DNA from: Macrostomum lignano
Lineage: Eukaryota
Direction: 5' to 3'
Assembly: GCA_002269645.1 (NCBI GenBank)
Contig: NIVC01004008.1
Location: 1 to 24,810, forward strand
DNA: 24,810 bases
Both the position numbers and the translations under genes were made by a program. Shown here in pieces: positions 10,491 through 22,879 of this stretch. Within the stretch, counting starts at the first letter, position 1, and the number at the start of each line of letters is the position of its first letter. The notes under the pieces are model-generated. The model saw only the letters and a list, made by a program, of their open reading frames with translations. It was not told where the DNA came from and did no database searches.

Positions 10491-11323
10491 TTGATGGACA
10501 TGGAAACATGGGTAGAAAAGGGATTGAAAGCATGAAAATCTCAGGACTTGAGAAGAATGGCTAGAATGAGACCTGGAGTTAGAGGCCTTCGGGCAGCGAT
10601 TTGCAGGCAGTAAAATATTTTCACACAGAAAGCTTTGCGATATGAAAATTCTAATAGACAAGGTCTGGAAAATTATTAAAATTGATTCAGTAGTGCGGCC
10701 ATGAGAGCCAAGAGCTGAGCTCTGCAATTGTTGGTCCAAGCTAACCAGTTTAAGACTCTCCTCAAAGCATTTGGCTAATGAGGCGAGCCAAGCGGCCTTT
10801 GCCGCACTGCTCGGCTCCTCACAGGGTATGGCAATTAGGCCCGATGCCACACGGGTCCGGTCAGGCGTAGCGACTCCCCACAGACACACAGGCTCAAGCC
10901 CGCCTCTGCTGCTCCTGGTCACACAGACAGGGATACAGAGAGAAAAAGCAGAAAGGCAACCGGAGAAGGCGGGGCAGAGGGGGGGGCAAAGTGAAAGGCA
11001 TAACCTGACACTGAGCAGGGGGAGGTCCGCGTCTGCTAAGCCCCGCGCAGCTCCGCCTTTGAAGTTTCGCACCGTCAGTCCTTCTCGTCGGAGTCTCTGC
11101 GCCAGCCTCTCCTGTTTCTGCCCGGGGAAGCAATTTTATGTCCACTGATCGGCCGGCACTGATTGCTGGGTCGGTGCTCAATGCCTCACTGAGCAGCGGC
11201 AGCAGCAGCAGGGTTCCTGGCTGGATGGCTTCTGGCTTCGATTAACAGCGAACTGGGCAGCGAATCGAGTGAAGAGTGCGTGACCTGCGCCCCTGAGACC
11301 TGGGGCCTCAGCTTAACCCAGGC

Positions 11324-11496
<173 letters not shown>

Positions 11497-11568
11497 CATC
11501 TACAGCGCTTGCTCTAACGAACGAGTTCAATAAAAAGCATCATCCTCATTTCTCACCTGCCCATGCAG

Positions 11569-11800
11569 TGTGACGTGCGAATTGTACAGCGTCGGGAGCA
11601 GCAGCTTGCGCGCAGCAGGCAGCAGGCCGCAGTCTGGTGGCAGCAGTACCAACAGTATCAGCCGCAGTACCAGCCGCAGTACCAGCAGCAGTACCAGCCG
11701 CAATACCAACCGGACTACCAGCCGCAGTACCAGCTCTCGCAGCAGGAACCAGTATACGACATCTTCAACTCTGCTGAGCACCAATTCGAGCCATTCGTTG
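11569..11800 (+). CDS. hnRNP A/B/D-like gene, exon 5 (end of RRM2 and QY-rich low-complexity domain)
   Basis: ccatgcag|CDVRIVQRREQQ...WWQQYQQYQPQYQPQYQQQYQPQYQPDYQPQYQ...EPFV G|gtcagg. It aligns positionally with the CEIKVA..EQYQQQQ segment of hnRNP D, and its phase-1 end fits exon 6. Confidence 0.85.
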
Positions 11801-12298
11801 GTCAGGACGCTTCCTGGATGTGCTCAGGTTGGGCATTGCGACTGTGCGGTAAAACAAACTTTCCTAAATGCTTGCCTTCGGTCAAGAAGCGGCGATGAAG
11901 CTTTCGTATCTTGCTGAGTGCGCAAAGGCGAGGCGGGCTGTGGACTCCTCTGCATGGCGCAATAGGCGGGGGGACTCGTTTCTGGAGCATCCAGTAATTA
12001 GAGCACGGAGAGGAGCGGGCCGGGCCTTAGCGCGGACTCTCGTCATCTCCCAACCAGGAAACATTCCCTGCGAGATTCCCGCCCGGCTTGCGAGAGGATC
12101 CGCCCACTCCCGCATTGCCTTTTTTCTACTCGGCTCAAATTGTAGCCTCTTGTGCTCAGCCGAGCAGCTTTAAGAGTCACCGCCAGGCGCAGCGGTCCGC
12201 CTGCCGGCCTGCAGACCTGGCATCGATCCCTGTCTGCGTCTTTGCCGCCTAGCATGGCTAGAAGGGAGGCTTAGTTGATTTTAAACTGGATTGTTTGC

Positions 12299-14810
<2,512 letters not shown>

Positions 14811-15197
14811 GCATTTCAATCATCCTATTCAGAGCAAAAGCTATTAGTTGTCACCCAATCAAAGCGAGCGTCACGTTCTTCGCACAGCAGTTGAACATTG
14901 GCGGAGTATTTCTCGCTCTCGAAAGCCAAACAGTCAATGCAGGCGGCTGGCTGACTGCCGGGCTTTTTTCCTGTTTCCGGATCTGCCCCTGTGGGCTGGC
15001 CGTGAGCTCTGTAAACTTTTTCTGCTTTTTCATAATCTTTTTATTGTCCTCGAGAGCGGCAGTCGCCGAGGCCGACTGAGCACCTCGCCTTGCAGATAGA
15101 TTGTCTGATTCCGGGAAACCCAACCAAGGATCTAAAATAACATGAAGCTGATGACGTCATCACTGGTTGCCATAGAAAAAATCCGTTTTTTTTCCAG

Positions 15198-15379
15198 TTG
15201 CTCCGCTTGACCCGCCGCCTCCGCCGCCTCCGCCGCCACCGCCCTCGCTGCCGCAGCAGCAGGCGCCGCATCAGGCTGATGACGCGCGGGATTCTGGACC
15301 AGGTCCGGGAAAATTCCCAAGAAATTGGAGCCGTCGCGCTGCCCGGCACCCCTACGAGCGGGCATCGCATGCAAAGTGA
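15198..15379 (+). CDS. hnRNP A/B/D-like gene, terminal exon 6 (poly-Pro and PY-NLS)
   Basis: Strong acceptor ttttttttccag|TT; translation (V)APLD-P11-SLPQQQAPHQ...GKFPRNWSRRAARHPYERASHAK*. The six exons total 1047 nt, or 348 aa plus stop, with all phases consistent. This frame is not in the ORF track. Confidence 0.82.
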
Positions 15380-15762
15380 CTGAAATTCTCCTACCTTTAG
15401 TTCGGAAAGTTACAACACTTTCTACTCTAAGTAGTTTAACAGAGCGGCGCTTTGAAAAATTTTCTGCTTGCGTTTAATTATTACTGCCCTAGAAAAGCAA
15501 TCTTGTCGTTACTGTGAGCGAACTTTGAGAATAAGCTTAACTTTTTTACACAAGTACAAATAATACTGTGTGAGAAGTTGTTTGCTTTTGAAATACTTTA
15601 CCGCTTCACTGCGATCTGGCAATAATTGCTTCAAGTTTCTCTGAGACCAGGCTCTGGGAAATTTGCGCCTATTTATACGAGTGAAATGGGCCCGCAACTT
15701 AAAGTACACGGCCTGCTGCTTGTTAATGGCGTGCCGTTCACTTCAGCCTGCTCAGTTGAGCT

Positions 15763-16539
15763 TCTCTACTCTCCCCCTCTCTACTCTTCCTTGCTCTCTA
15801 CTCTCCCTGCTCTCTACTCTCCCTGCTCTCTCCTCTCCCTGCTCTCTACTCTCCCTGCTCTCTACTCTCCCTGCTCTCTACTCTCCCTGCTCTCTACTCT
15901 CCCTGCTCTCTACTCTCCCTGCTCTCTCCTCTTCCTTGCTCTCTACTCTCCCTGCTCTCTACTCTCCCTGCTCTCTACTCTCCCTGCTCTCTACTCTCCC
16001 TGCTCTCTCCTCTCCCTGCTCTCTCCTCTCCCTGCTCTCTCCTCTCCCTGCTCTCTCCTCTCCCTGCTCTCTCCTCTCCCTCCTCTCTACTCTCCCTGCT
16101 CTCTACTCTCCCTGCTCTCTACTCTCCCTGCTCTCTACTCTCCCTGCTCTCTACTCTCCCTGCTCTCTACTCTCCCTGCTCTCTACTCTCCCTGCTCTCT
16201 ACTCTCCCTGCTCTCTACTCTCCCTGCTCTCTACTCTCCCTGCTCTCTACTCTCCCTGCTCTCTACTCTCCCTGCTCTCTCCTCTCCCTGCTCTCTACTC
16301 TCCCTGCTCTCTACTCTCCCTGCTCTCTACTCTCCCTGCTCTCTACTCTCCCTGCTCTCTACTCTCCCTGCTCTCTACTCTCCCTGCTCTCTACTCTCCC
16401 TGCTCTCTACTCTCCCTGCTCTCTACTCTCCCTGCTCTCTACTCTCCCTGCTCTCTACTCTCCCTGCTCTCTACTCTCCCTGCTCTCTACTCTCCCTGCT
16501 CTCTACTCTCCCTGCTCTCTACTCTCCCTGCTGTCTACT
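15763..16539. repeat. 16-bp polypyrimidine minisatellite (CTCTACTCTCCCTGCT), about 48 copies
   Basis: Period of 16 (TCCCTG at 16141 and 16157). It lies downstream of the hnRNP stop codon. Confidence 0.96.
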
Positions 16540-17288
16540 TTTCCACAATTCTTTCTACCCTCTCGCACTCTCAGACAAATAAGGAATGCAGAAGATTGAG
16601 CAAATTTGTACTCAAATTGTAAGTGATGCAACGGAGCTTAAATATCATTGGTTCTATTTATCTGTGGATAGTCTTGAATCGAATAAAAATCTTTTTCATA
16701 CCTGTAAGAGTTCCGTAGCGCAAAGAAGTTATCACAGCAGCAGCGTTTGAAGGCTTGAATCTAAGGACAGCTAGCCGAACTCCACTACATAAAACTAATA
16801 AAAAAGTGCTCAAAGCAAGAAGAAGTTGCAGCCGTGTGCTCAGAAGTTACAAGTGGAGTGCAAAATGAACTCGGGAATAAACACAACAGCAAAGAGAGAC
16901 AGGGAGCAGAGAGAGATTGCACCGTCATTGAATTTTTGATTATTTAACTTTGAAAAATCGCGTAATGGAGCAATGGAGTTACTTATATGGGTTGTGCTAC
17001 TGTAACATTTACACAAAAAATATGGGTATTGTAATGTATTGCAGCAGATGCATCAGAACAGTTAAAATAGAATGAAATGTTTTCCAAAAGATGAACCGCA
17101 TTGCAGGTGCATTAAATTGCATAAATATAGTATATTCCACAAGCAGGCCAACTGTATGAATAAACTCCATGGAATGCAACGCAAGTTACTCAAGCTTTTT
17201 GTGCCAACGCGAGAGAATGACTGGATGTACGATAATGACTGGATTGCGTCTTGTCAAAGTTTTGGATCAAGTGCACTTTCGAGACTTA

Positions 17289-17702
17289 CCTAATGCCTAG
17301 TGTCTATGGCCAATCAGATCCAAGTCCCGCTGGCTGCCCCCCACAGCGGATGCCAAATGTCGGCTGCCACCACAGCGGATGCCTAATGTCTATGGCCAAT
17401 CAGATCCGAGCCCCGCTGGCTGCCCCACACCCCACAGCGGATGCCTAATGTCTATGGCCAATCAGATCCGAGCCGCGGCTGGCTGCCCCCACAGCGGATG
17501 CCTAATGTCTATGGCCAATCAAATCCGAGCCCCGCTGGCTGCCCCCACAGCGGATGCCTAATGTCTATGGCCAATCAGATTCGAGCCGCGGCTGGCTGCC
17601 TCCAAACCCCACAGCGGATGCCTAATGTCTATGGCCAATCAGATCCGAGCCCGAGGGCTGCTACCACAACGGATCCCTAATCAGGCACTGACATCCGAGC
17701 CC
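17289..17702. repeat. About 56-64-bp minisatellite, 6 copies, core CACAGCGGATGCCTAATGTCTATGGCCAATCAGATCCGAGCC
   Basis: TCTATGGCCAATC occurs at 17303, 17389, 17451, 17508, 17564 and 17628. Confidence 0.93.
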
Positions 17703-17880
17703 TACTAACACGACTTGACACGAACATTTAGCCACACCTCAATGCATTAGAAAATTATAAACAATATCGAGATTAGACGATGTAACAGCTGACGTATCGA
17801 GTGGCGACTGGACTAGTTTAGGTTAAAAAAAACCTTACTACAAAGTAAGAGCCCCTACCCCCTATGGGTCCAGCTGCTGT

Positions 17881-18198
17881 CTAACTGTCGACAGCCGGAA
17901 ACTCGCTGCATAGCCGATCGTAGTTGACCTCGCACTGCAACACCCTGTCAATGAAGTAGTTCGCATCGCTGCTGCTCTCCAGCAGGTCAGCTGTAACAAA
18001 CAACGCATTCTCGAGGCTCTGCAGACGCTCCGGCGGACAGTCCGTCCCCTCGTCCGTCGCAGTCTCGAACGATCGAAAATGTACTATACTATCCTCGTCG
18101 AATACGCGGATGTTGTCGTCAAAGATGATATGTTGAATGCGGGTGTCGCGCGGATCGAACCAGAGCAGCTTGGAGGCGCTGCTGCTATAGTTGTTAAC
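17881..18198 (-). CDS. Uncharacterised HAD-like protein, terminal coding exon 3
   Basis: Acceptor cgggcag|GTT; VNNYSSSASKLLWFDPRDTRIQHIIFDDNIR...FPAVDS* (TAG). FDDNI resembles HAD motif IV. Confidence 0.85.
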   Translation of the reverse strand, partial: VNNYSSSASKLLWFDPRDTRIQHIIFDDNIRVFDEDSIVHFRSFETATDEGTDCPPERLQSLENALFVTADLLESSSDANYFIDRVLQCEVNYDRLCSEFPAVDS

Positions 18199-18346
18199 CT
18201 GCCCGTTTCGAGTAAGGAGCAATTTCAATAGTGAGTATGAATATGAGTAATAGTAACATTATATAAGTAAGAGTACAAGTCAGAGGATTTTGCTATGAGC
18301 ATGAGTATGTGTTTTAGCTAGAACTACTTAAGAAGACTCAACGATA

Positions 18347-18677
18347 GAATAATAATAGTAATAATAATAATAATTATTATTGATTACACCTGCCCTAATG
18401 GACAGATGTGCAACCGACAGCTCAGCCACAGCTATTGCGTGACGCATAGGAAGGCTGCGTACGGCTGTTCAGTCCAAGGACTGGGGAGTCGACACACACT
18501 GCACACCCTCAATAACCCCAGCTAATACTGGCACCCATTTTACAGCTGGGTGAACTGAAGCAATGCAGAAGAGTAAGTGTCTTGCTGAATGTCACAAATT
18601 GTTCCAAGTAGGTCGAGAATCGAATCCCCGACCTTTCAATCGTAAGTCCGACGCTCTGACCCCTAGTAGACTGAACC
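18347..18677 (-). mobile_element. tRNA-headed CORE-type (MIR-like core) SINE in intron 2 of the HAD-like gene
   Basis: The minus-strand head has A-box-like TAGGGGTCAGAGCG and B-box GGATTCGATTC. Plus-strand 18534-18595 (CCCATTTTACAGCTGGGTGAACTGAAGCA...GAGTAAGTGTCTTGCTGAATGTCACA) resembles the MIR core as I recall it (CCCATTTTACAGATGAGGAAACTGAGGC...GTTAAGTGACTTGCCCAAGGTCACA). An (ATT/AAT)n tail lies at about 18347-18380. Confidence 0.75.
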
Positions 18678-18899
18678 CCTATATTACCATAGTAGATAGA
18701 AAAAAGGATACGTTTGTCGTCCTTGGTGCTTTAGTGCAATGTTTTAAGCAATTTTATGGACATAAGTACATAAGGACATAGTTAGGTTGGGTTGCGATAT
18801 TCACTCTTTTATAATGGGAGTGCACAGCTTTGGTAATGTAGATACATATACGGATTTTAAGCAACAATGATTTTCAGGTCGCAAGCATCAAAAACGAAC

Positions 18900-19510
18900 C
18901 TGCCAGAATGCGAAATCATCAACTACAGCCATTGCGCCGCAGGAAGAGCTCCAGTGCTCGTACACCTGCCTCTCCTGGGTGAGCTCGACCCCGTCGCTGC
19001 GCAAATAGCGAAACTTATCAGCTGCCAGGCGTTGGAATCGCTCCGGCTCCAGGTTGACCTTCATGTCCAGGCGGCGAGGATATCCCGGATGTTGACCTTT
19101 AGCCAGCATATCCAGCGCGTTGAGGATGTGCGGCGCGTCCCTGCCGAAGGTGCGAATAACGATGCAAAACTCGCGACCGGAGGCTTCCAGAGCCTGCACG
19201 AGGTTGAGGAAGGACGGCAACAGGTAGTGGTAGGCGCTGCCGTCTTGCCCCGTCACCGTCAGCTTGTCGTTCGCCGCCTCGTAGGGCCAGCGGAGGCGGC
19301 GCAGCTTCTCCTGGAAGAGGCGCCTGAATCGCCTGCCGTGCGGCTGCTCCGTAAAGTTGCCGAGAGTCTCGCGCAGCCGCTGGCGGTCCTCCGGAACGCG
19401 GACGATGGCGCGCTCGAACAGCTTGTAGAGCGATGTGACGCCCGGCCGAGGCGGGTACAGAGAGGGCGCATCGCTGATGCAGTGCCAGCCGCCGTCCTGC
19501 TGCTCCTCGC
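18900..19510 (-). CDS. Uncharacterised HAD-like protein, coding exon 2
   Basis: ctgtccag|GC acceptor in phase 1; EEQQDGGWHCISDAPSL...YHYLLPSFLNLVQAL...FCIVIRTFGRD...VDDFAFWQ|gttcgt. Confidence 0.87.
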
Positions 19511-19683
19511 CTGGACAGGGCAGAGAGAGATTTTGGGACTGCTGAGTTCGGGGGCGATCGACGGACAGATCGACAATAAGACAGGCCTTGAGACCGGCTC
19601 CGCTTAGACTAGGACAAAGACCAAAATCATAGAGGATGCTACAAATACCATAGAGGATCCACAAATATTAACGCTAAGCAATT

Positions 19684-20067
19684 ACATTGGCGCTAGGACA
19701 GGCACTGACATTGGCGCTAGGACAGGCACTGACATTGGCGCTAGGACAGGAACTGACATTGGCGCTAGGACAGGCACTGACATTGGCGCTAGGACAGGAA
19801 CTGACATTGGCGCTAGGACAAGCACTGACATTGGCGCTAGGACAGGAACTGACATTGGCGTTAGGACAGGAACTGACATTGGCGCTAGGACAGGAACTGA
19901 CATTGGCGCTAGGACAGGCACTGACATTGGCGCTAGGACAGGCACTGACATTGGCGCTAGGACAGGAACTGACATTGGCGCTAGGACAGGAACTGACATT
20001 GGCGCTAGGACAGGCACTGACATTGGCGCTAGGACAGGCACTGACATTGGCGCTAGGACAGGCACTA
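19684..20067. repeat. 24-bp minisatellite, 16 copies (ACATTGGCGCTAGGACAGGCACTG / ...GGAACTG), in HAD-like intron 1
   Basis: Unit starts run from 19684 to 20044 in steps of 24. Confidence 0.97.
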
Positions 20068-20211
20068 AGACAGACGCTGAAACAAATGCTAAAATTGACA
20101 CAAAGACAGCCAGGCAGATAAGACATATCTACACGATCAAGTCCTCTTCCTCAAGCTCTCGTACATTCTGAAAAAAAATCCAATCAGATCAAGAGCAAAC
20201 AGGTCACTGAC

Positions 20212-20554
20212 CCCAAACAACGCCGGATATGTAGGTGTTCAAGGCCATCTCAACGGTGATTCTGGAGAACAGGTCCGCCACAAAGATGGTATTTCTGGCG
20301 TCAAAGTGCAGCACCAGCTTCCGCCCGTCTGGCGGCACCGGCCGGAGCACCTGCGGCACCGACGAACGGCGAGAAAGCTGTCGAGGCGACGGCTGTCTCC
20401 GGTTTTTCTGCAGCTCTTCGTCGGCCTCCGGCGCCGCCTCCGGTTCGCTGCTGCTGCTGCTGCTGCTGGAGCCGAGGTCCTTGCTGCACTCGTGGCACCG
20501 GCCGACACTGCCGCGCCTGCTGGCCGAGCCGGCGCCGGCCACGCAAACCGCCAT
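20212..20554 (-). CDS. Uncharacterised HAD-like protein, coding exon 1; from memory it resembles the conserved zebrafish si:dkey-32e6.3-like family
   Basis: ATG in good context (gaaATGg); MAVCVAG...GRKLVLHFDARNTIFVAD...SGVVW G|gtcagt. The three exons total 343+611+318 = 1272 nt, or 423 aa plus stop. Family assignment is recalled, not searched. Confidence 0.8.
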
Positions 20555-20563
20555 TTCCGTGCC

Positions 20564-20637
20564 CTGTTGAATTTCTCCGCCGTTTCCGCGAACCCGCCTG
20601 CTCGCCAAATTATTTCTACTTCTAATTGCTTTCTCAC
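20564..20637 (-). other. Probable 74-nt 5'UTR intron of the HAD-like gene
   Basis: Donor AAG|GTGAGA at 20638/20637 and acceptor ttcaacag|GGCACGGAAATG, 9 nt before the ATG. A second possible UTR intron lies at 20916-20836. Confidence 0.5.
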
Positions 20638-21650
20638 CTTTGCCTGCTGGCCGAAACGGACTGGCAAAAGTTTTCTGTGGACACGCCGGAGGAGCGTCTA
20701 GTGTTTTTGTTCTGCTTGGACAGCCTTTCTTCATTAGTACTTTCCTCTCTCTCTCTCTCTCTTTCTCCCTCTTCTCCTGCATCGCAGCGCAGTGCCAGAG
20801 CAGTGCAGGGCCGAGGTGGGCGGTCCGGCTCACTCCTGAGAATATCAGAGGGCGGGAGGGGGCCGCAGTGAGAGCTCAACTGGCTCCCTCTGCCCCGGCT
20901 GAGCTCACGGCCTCACCTTGACAAGGGCCTCGCCCTCCCCACCATTCCCTGCTGCTCTGAGCCTCCCCGCCCTCTGACATTGCGCACAAAGGTGTATTGG
21001 ACAATACTGGGCAGGCAGGTAGGTTAGCGCACGGGAGAGAGAGAGAGTGAGGGGGGATCGGGAAGAGCGGAACCGCGGTGAACGGCCTCTCAAACTAAAA
21101 ATGGTTGTCATGGTTACCACATAGACACACGGACAGATGAGGACAAGGTATCTACCCCACCTCCGGACGCTTAAGAAAGGCGCGCCATGCAGACAACAAT
21201 GGAGGCAGTGCAGCTATAGAAAGGCTTCAGCAGCCCTTCATCTCTTCTCTGGTCTGTTCTCAGCTTCCCAGCCACCCCCTGGCGGCCTGCCAGTTTTTCC
21301 GCGCCCCGTTCTTCGTCCTTCCCAATGCTAGCTGTTAGCAATCAGCTACCCCAGATCCTCAGTGAGGCCTGAGCGATAGGCCCTGCGCTCCATAATCCAG
21401 AGCTGATGAAGACTTTCAGAGCCAGCCTCTTTGAAGCTGAGCATTCTGGCCGTCAATTATTACACAGAAGGTACAATGCCGTGGAGTTTCTCTCCTGCTA
21501 CGGGCGCACTAACGCACATTCAGGCGATGAACTTTACCGCAGGCGTCAACAAGATTTACAGTATGCATTATCCTAGACAGGCAGGGACACTGAGCGAACA
21601 CTGGTTGTTGCACTTGCTTCGTCCTCTGAATTTCAGGAGATAGAATGGGT

Positions 21651-21826
21651 GGAGTAGAAAAAAGGAGAGTAGAGAGGCGAGGGAGGAGAGAGGGAGAGTA
21701 GAAAGGAGAGGGAGAGTAGAAAGGAGAGGGAGAGTAGAAAGGAGAGGGAGAGTAGAAAGGAGAGGGAGAGTAGAAAGGAGAAGGAAGGAGGAGAAGGGGG
21801 AAGGGAGAGAATGGAGAAGGCAGGGG
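21651..21826. repeat. Polypurine tract with 5 perfect 18-bp units (AGGGAGAGTAGAAAGGAG, 21691-21780)
   Basis: Read directly from the sequence. Confidence 0.92.
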
Positions 21827-22309
21827 CATGATACCCTACGATTTGAAAGCTCAATGAAGTCTTGAGTCAGCCTGCAGTAGAACAGACGGTGTCAAGCAAT
21901 GGCAATTTCTGTTTGGCTTGAACTTCACAGATCCACCCAAAGCCAGGTGTTTTGAGAGACGCAAACGGTCCCGCACTTATCTAGGCTAATTTCTCTCTTT
22001 GGTTCGCTCTGATAAGAGTCAGCCCTACGGTCCCGAGCTGTCACTCCGAGGCCAAGCTATGGCTAGGGTATTTACTTATTTCAGTGCCAAATGAAAGAAA
22101 GTCAGTTAATCTCTGCAATGGTTTTTGCCGAAAAATGTTTGTCAATGAAAAATAAGCAGGATAAAATTATTAAAAGTTTATTCAGAATTTACATGCTTCG
22201 CTAGAAGATAGGTGGTCGAATCACAGTCTACTGCTGGGGGGGGGTTGTGGGCCCTAGAAAAGGTATATAGAAGGTGATTTTTGTTTTACGATTTGTACTC
22301 GCAATTTGT

Positions 22310-22648
22310 CTCAGCAGTGGCAGTTCACTCAGCAGTGGCAGTTTATTCAGCAGTGGCAGTTCATTCAGCAGTGGCAGTTCACTCAGCAGTGGCAGTTCAC
22401 TCAGCAGTGGCAGTTCACTCAGCAGTGGCAGTTCACTCAGCAGTGGCAGTTCACTCAGCAGTGGCAGTTCATTCAGCAGTGGCAGTTCACTCAGCAGTGG
22501 CAGTTTATTCAGCAGTGGCAGTTCACTCAGCAGTGGCAGTTCACTCAGCAGTGGCAGTTCATTCAGCAGTGGCAGTTCACTCAGCAGTGGCAGTTCATTC
22601 AGCAGTGGCAGTTCACTCAGCAGTGGCAGTTCATTCAGCAGTGGCAGC
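22310..22648. repeat. 18-bp minisatellite (CTCAGCAGTGGCAGTTCA), about 18 copies
   Basis: Period of 18. It explains the SSGSSL, AVAVHS and QQWQFT ORFs. Confidence 0.96.
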
Positions 22649-22784
22649 AGCGCCTTCGGGAAGATCCTGTTGAACCCTCTGGCCTCGCATGAGAACGTCC
22701 ATCTGGGACGTCAAGAACGAAGTGATGCCGTCCAGGTTGCGGTGAATCTCGGAGTCCAAGATCTGAGTCTTGTGCAGGTTTTCC
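22631..22784 (-). CDS. Coiled-coil protein, apparent last coding exon
   Basis: Long pyrimidine tract and accacag|G; (R)ENLHKTQILDSEIHRNLDGITSFLTSQMDVLMRGQRVQQDLPEGAAATAE*. The stop falls inside the 18-bp array, so the true 3' end is uncertain. Confidence 0.7.
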
Positions 22785-22879
22785 CTGTGGTGAGGGGGGA
22801 GAGGGAGAGGAGAGTGATATGGTGAAAGCAAGAAATAACAAATCCGAGAGGATGTGAGGAAGATGCGCATGGTGAAAAG

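Noticed and set aside
11801-11898. ORF continuation GQDASW...KKRR* as the hnRNP C-terminus
   Set aside because: The GTCAGG donor at 11801 joins in phase to a strong acceptor at 15197 and gives a PY-NLS. The read-through could still be a minor intron-retention isoform.
11900-12290. GC-rich intronic block with short ORFs on both strands
   Set aside because: No consistent splice sites, no long frame and no recognisable motif.
14830-15374. Minus-strand ORFs (MHAMPARR..., GFPESDN..., CIDCLAFESEKYSANVQL) as a separate gene
   Set aside because: The upper part is the antisense shadow of hnRNP exon 6. The rest needs several frameshifts and has no recognisable domain.
18600-18677. tRNA-like sequence as a functional tRNA gene
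   Set aside because: The anticodon and acceptor stems do not pair, and it continues into a CORE domain, so it is a SINE head.
18199-20211. Both coding introns of the HAD-like gene are exactly 701 nt by my boundaries
   Set aside because: Their contents are unrelated (SINE versus a 24-bp VNTR of variable copy number), so this is most likely coincidence.
20555-20833. N-terminal extension of the 209-aa minus ORF (MSRTAHLG...REKERERER)
   Set aside because: It starts at GTG, runs through a (GA)n tract and crosses a probable 5'UTR intron. ATG 20554 is the better start.
21431-21643. 70-aa plus-strand ORF (KLSILAVNYYTEGTMPW...)
   Set aside because: Starts at TTG, has no supported exon chain and no recognisable domain.
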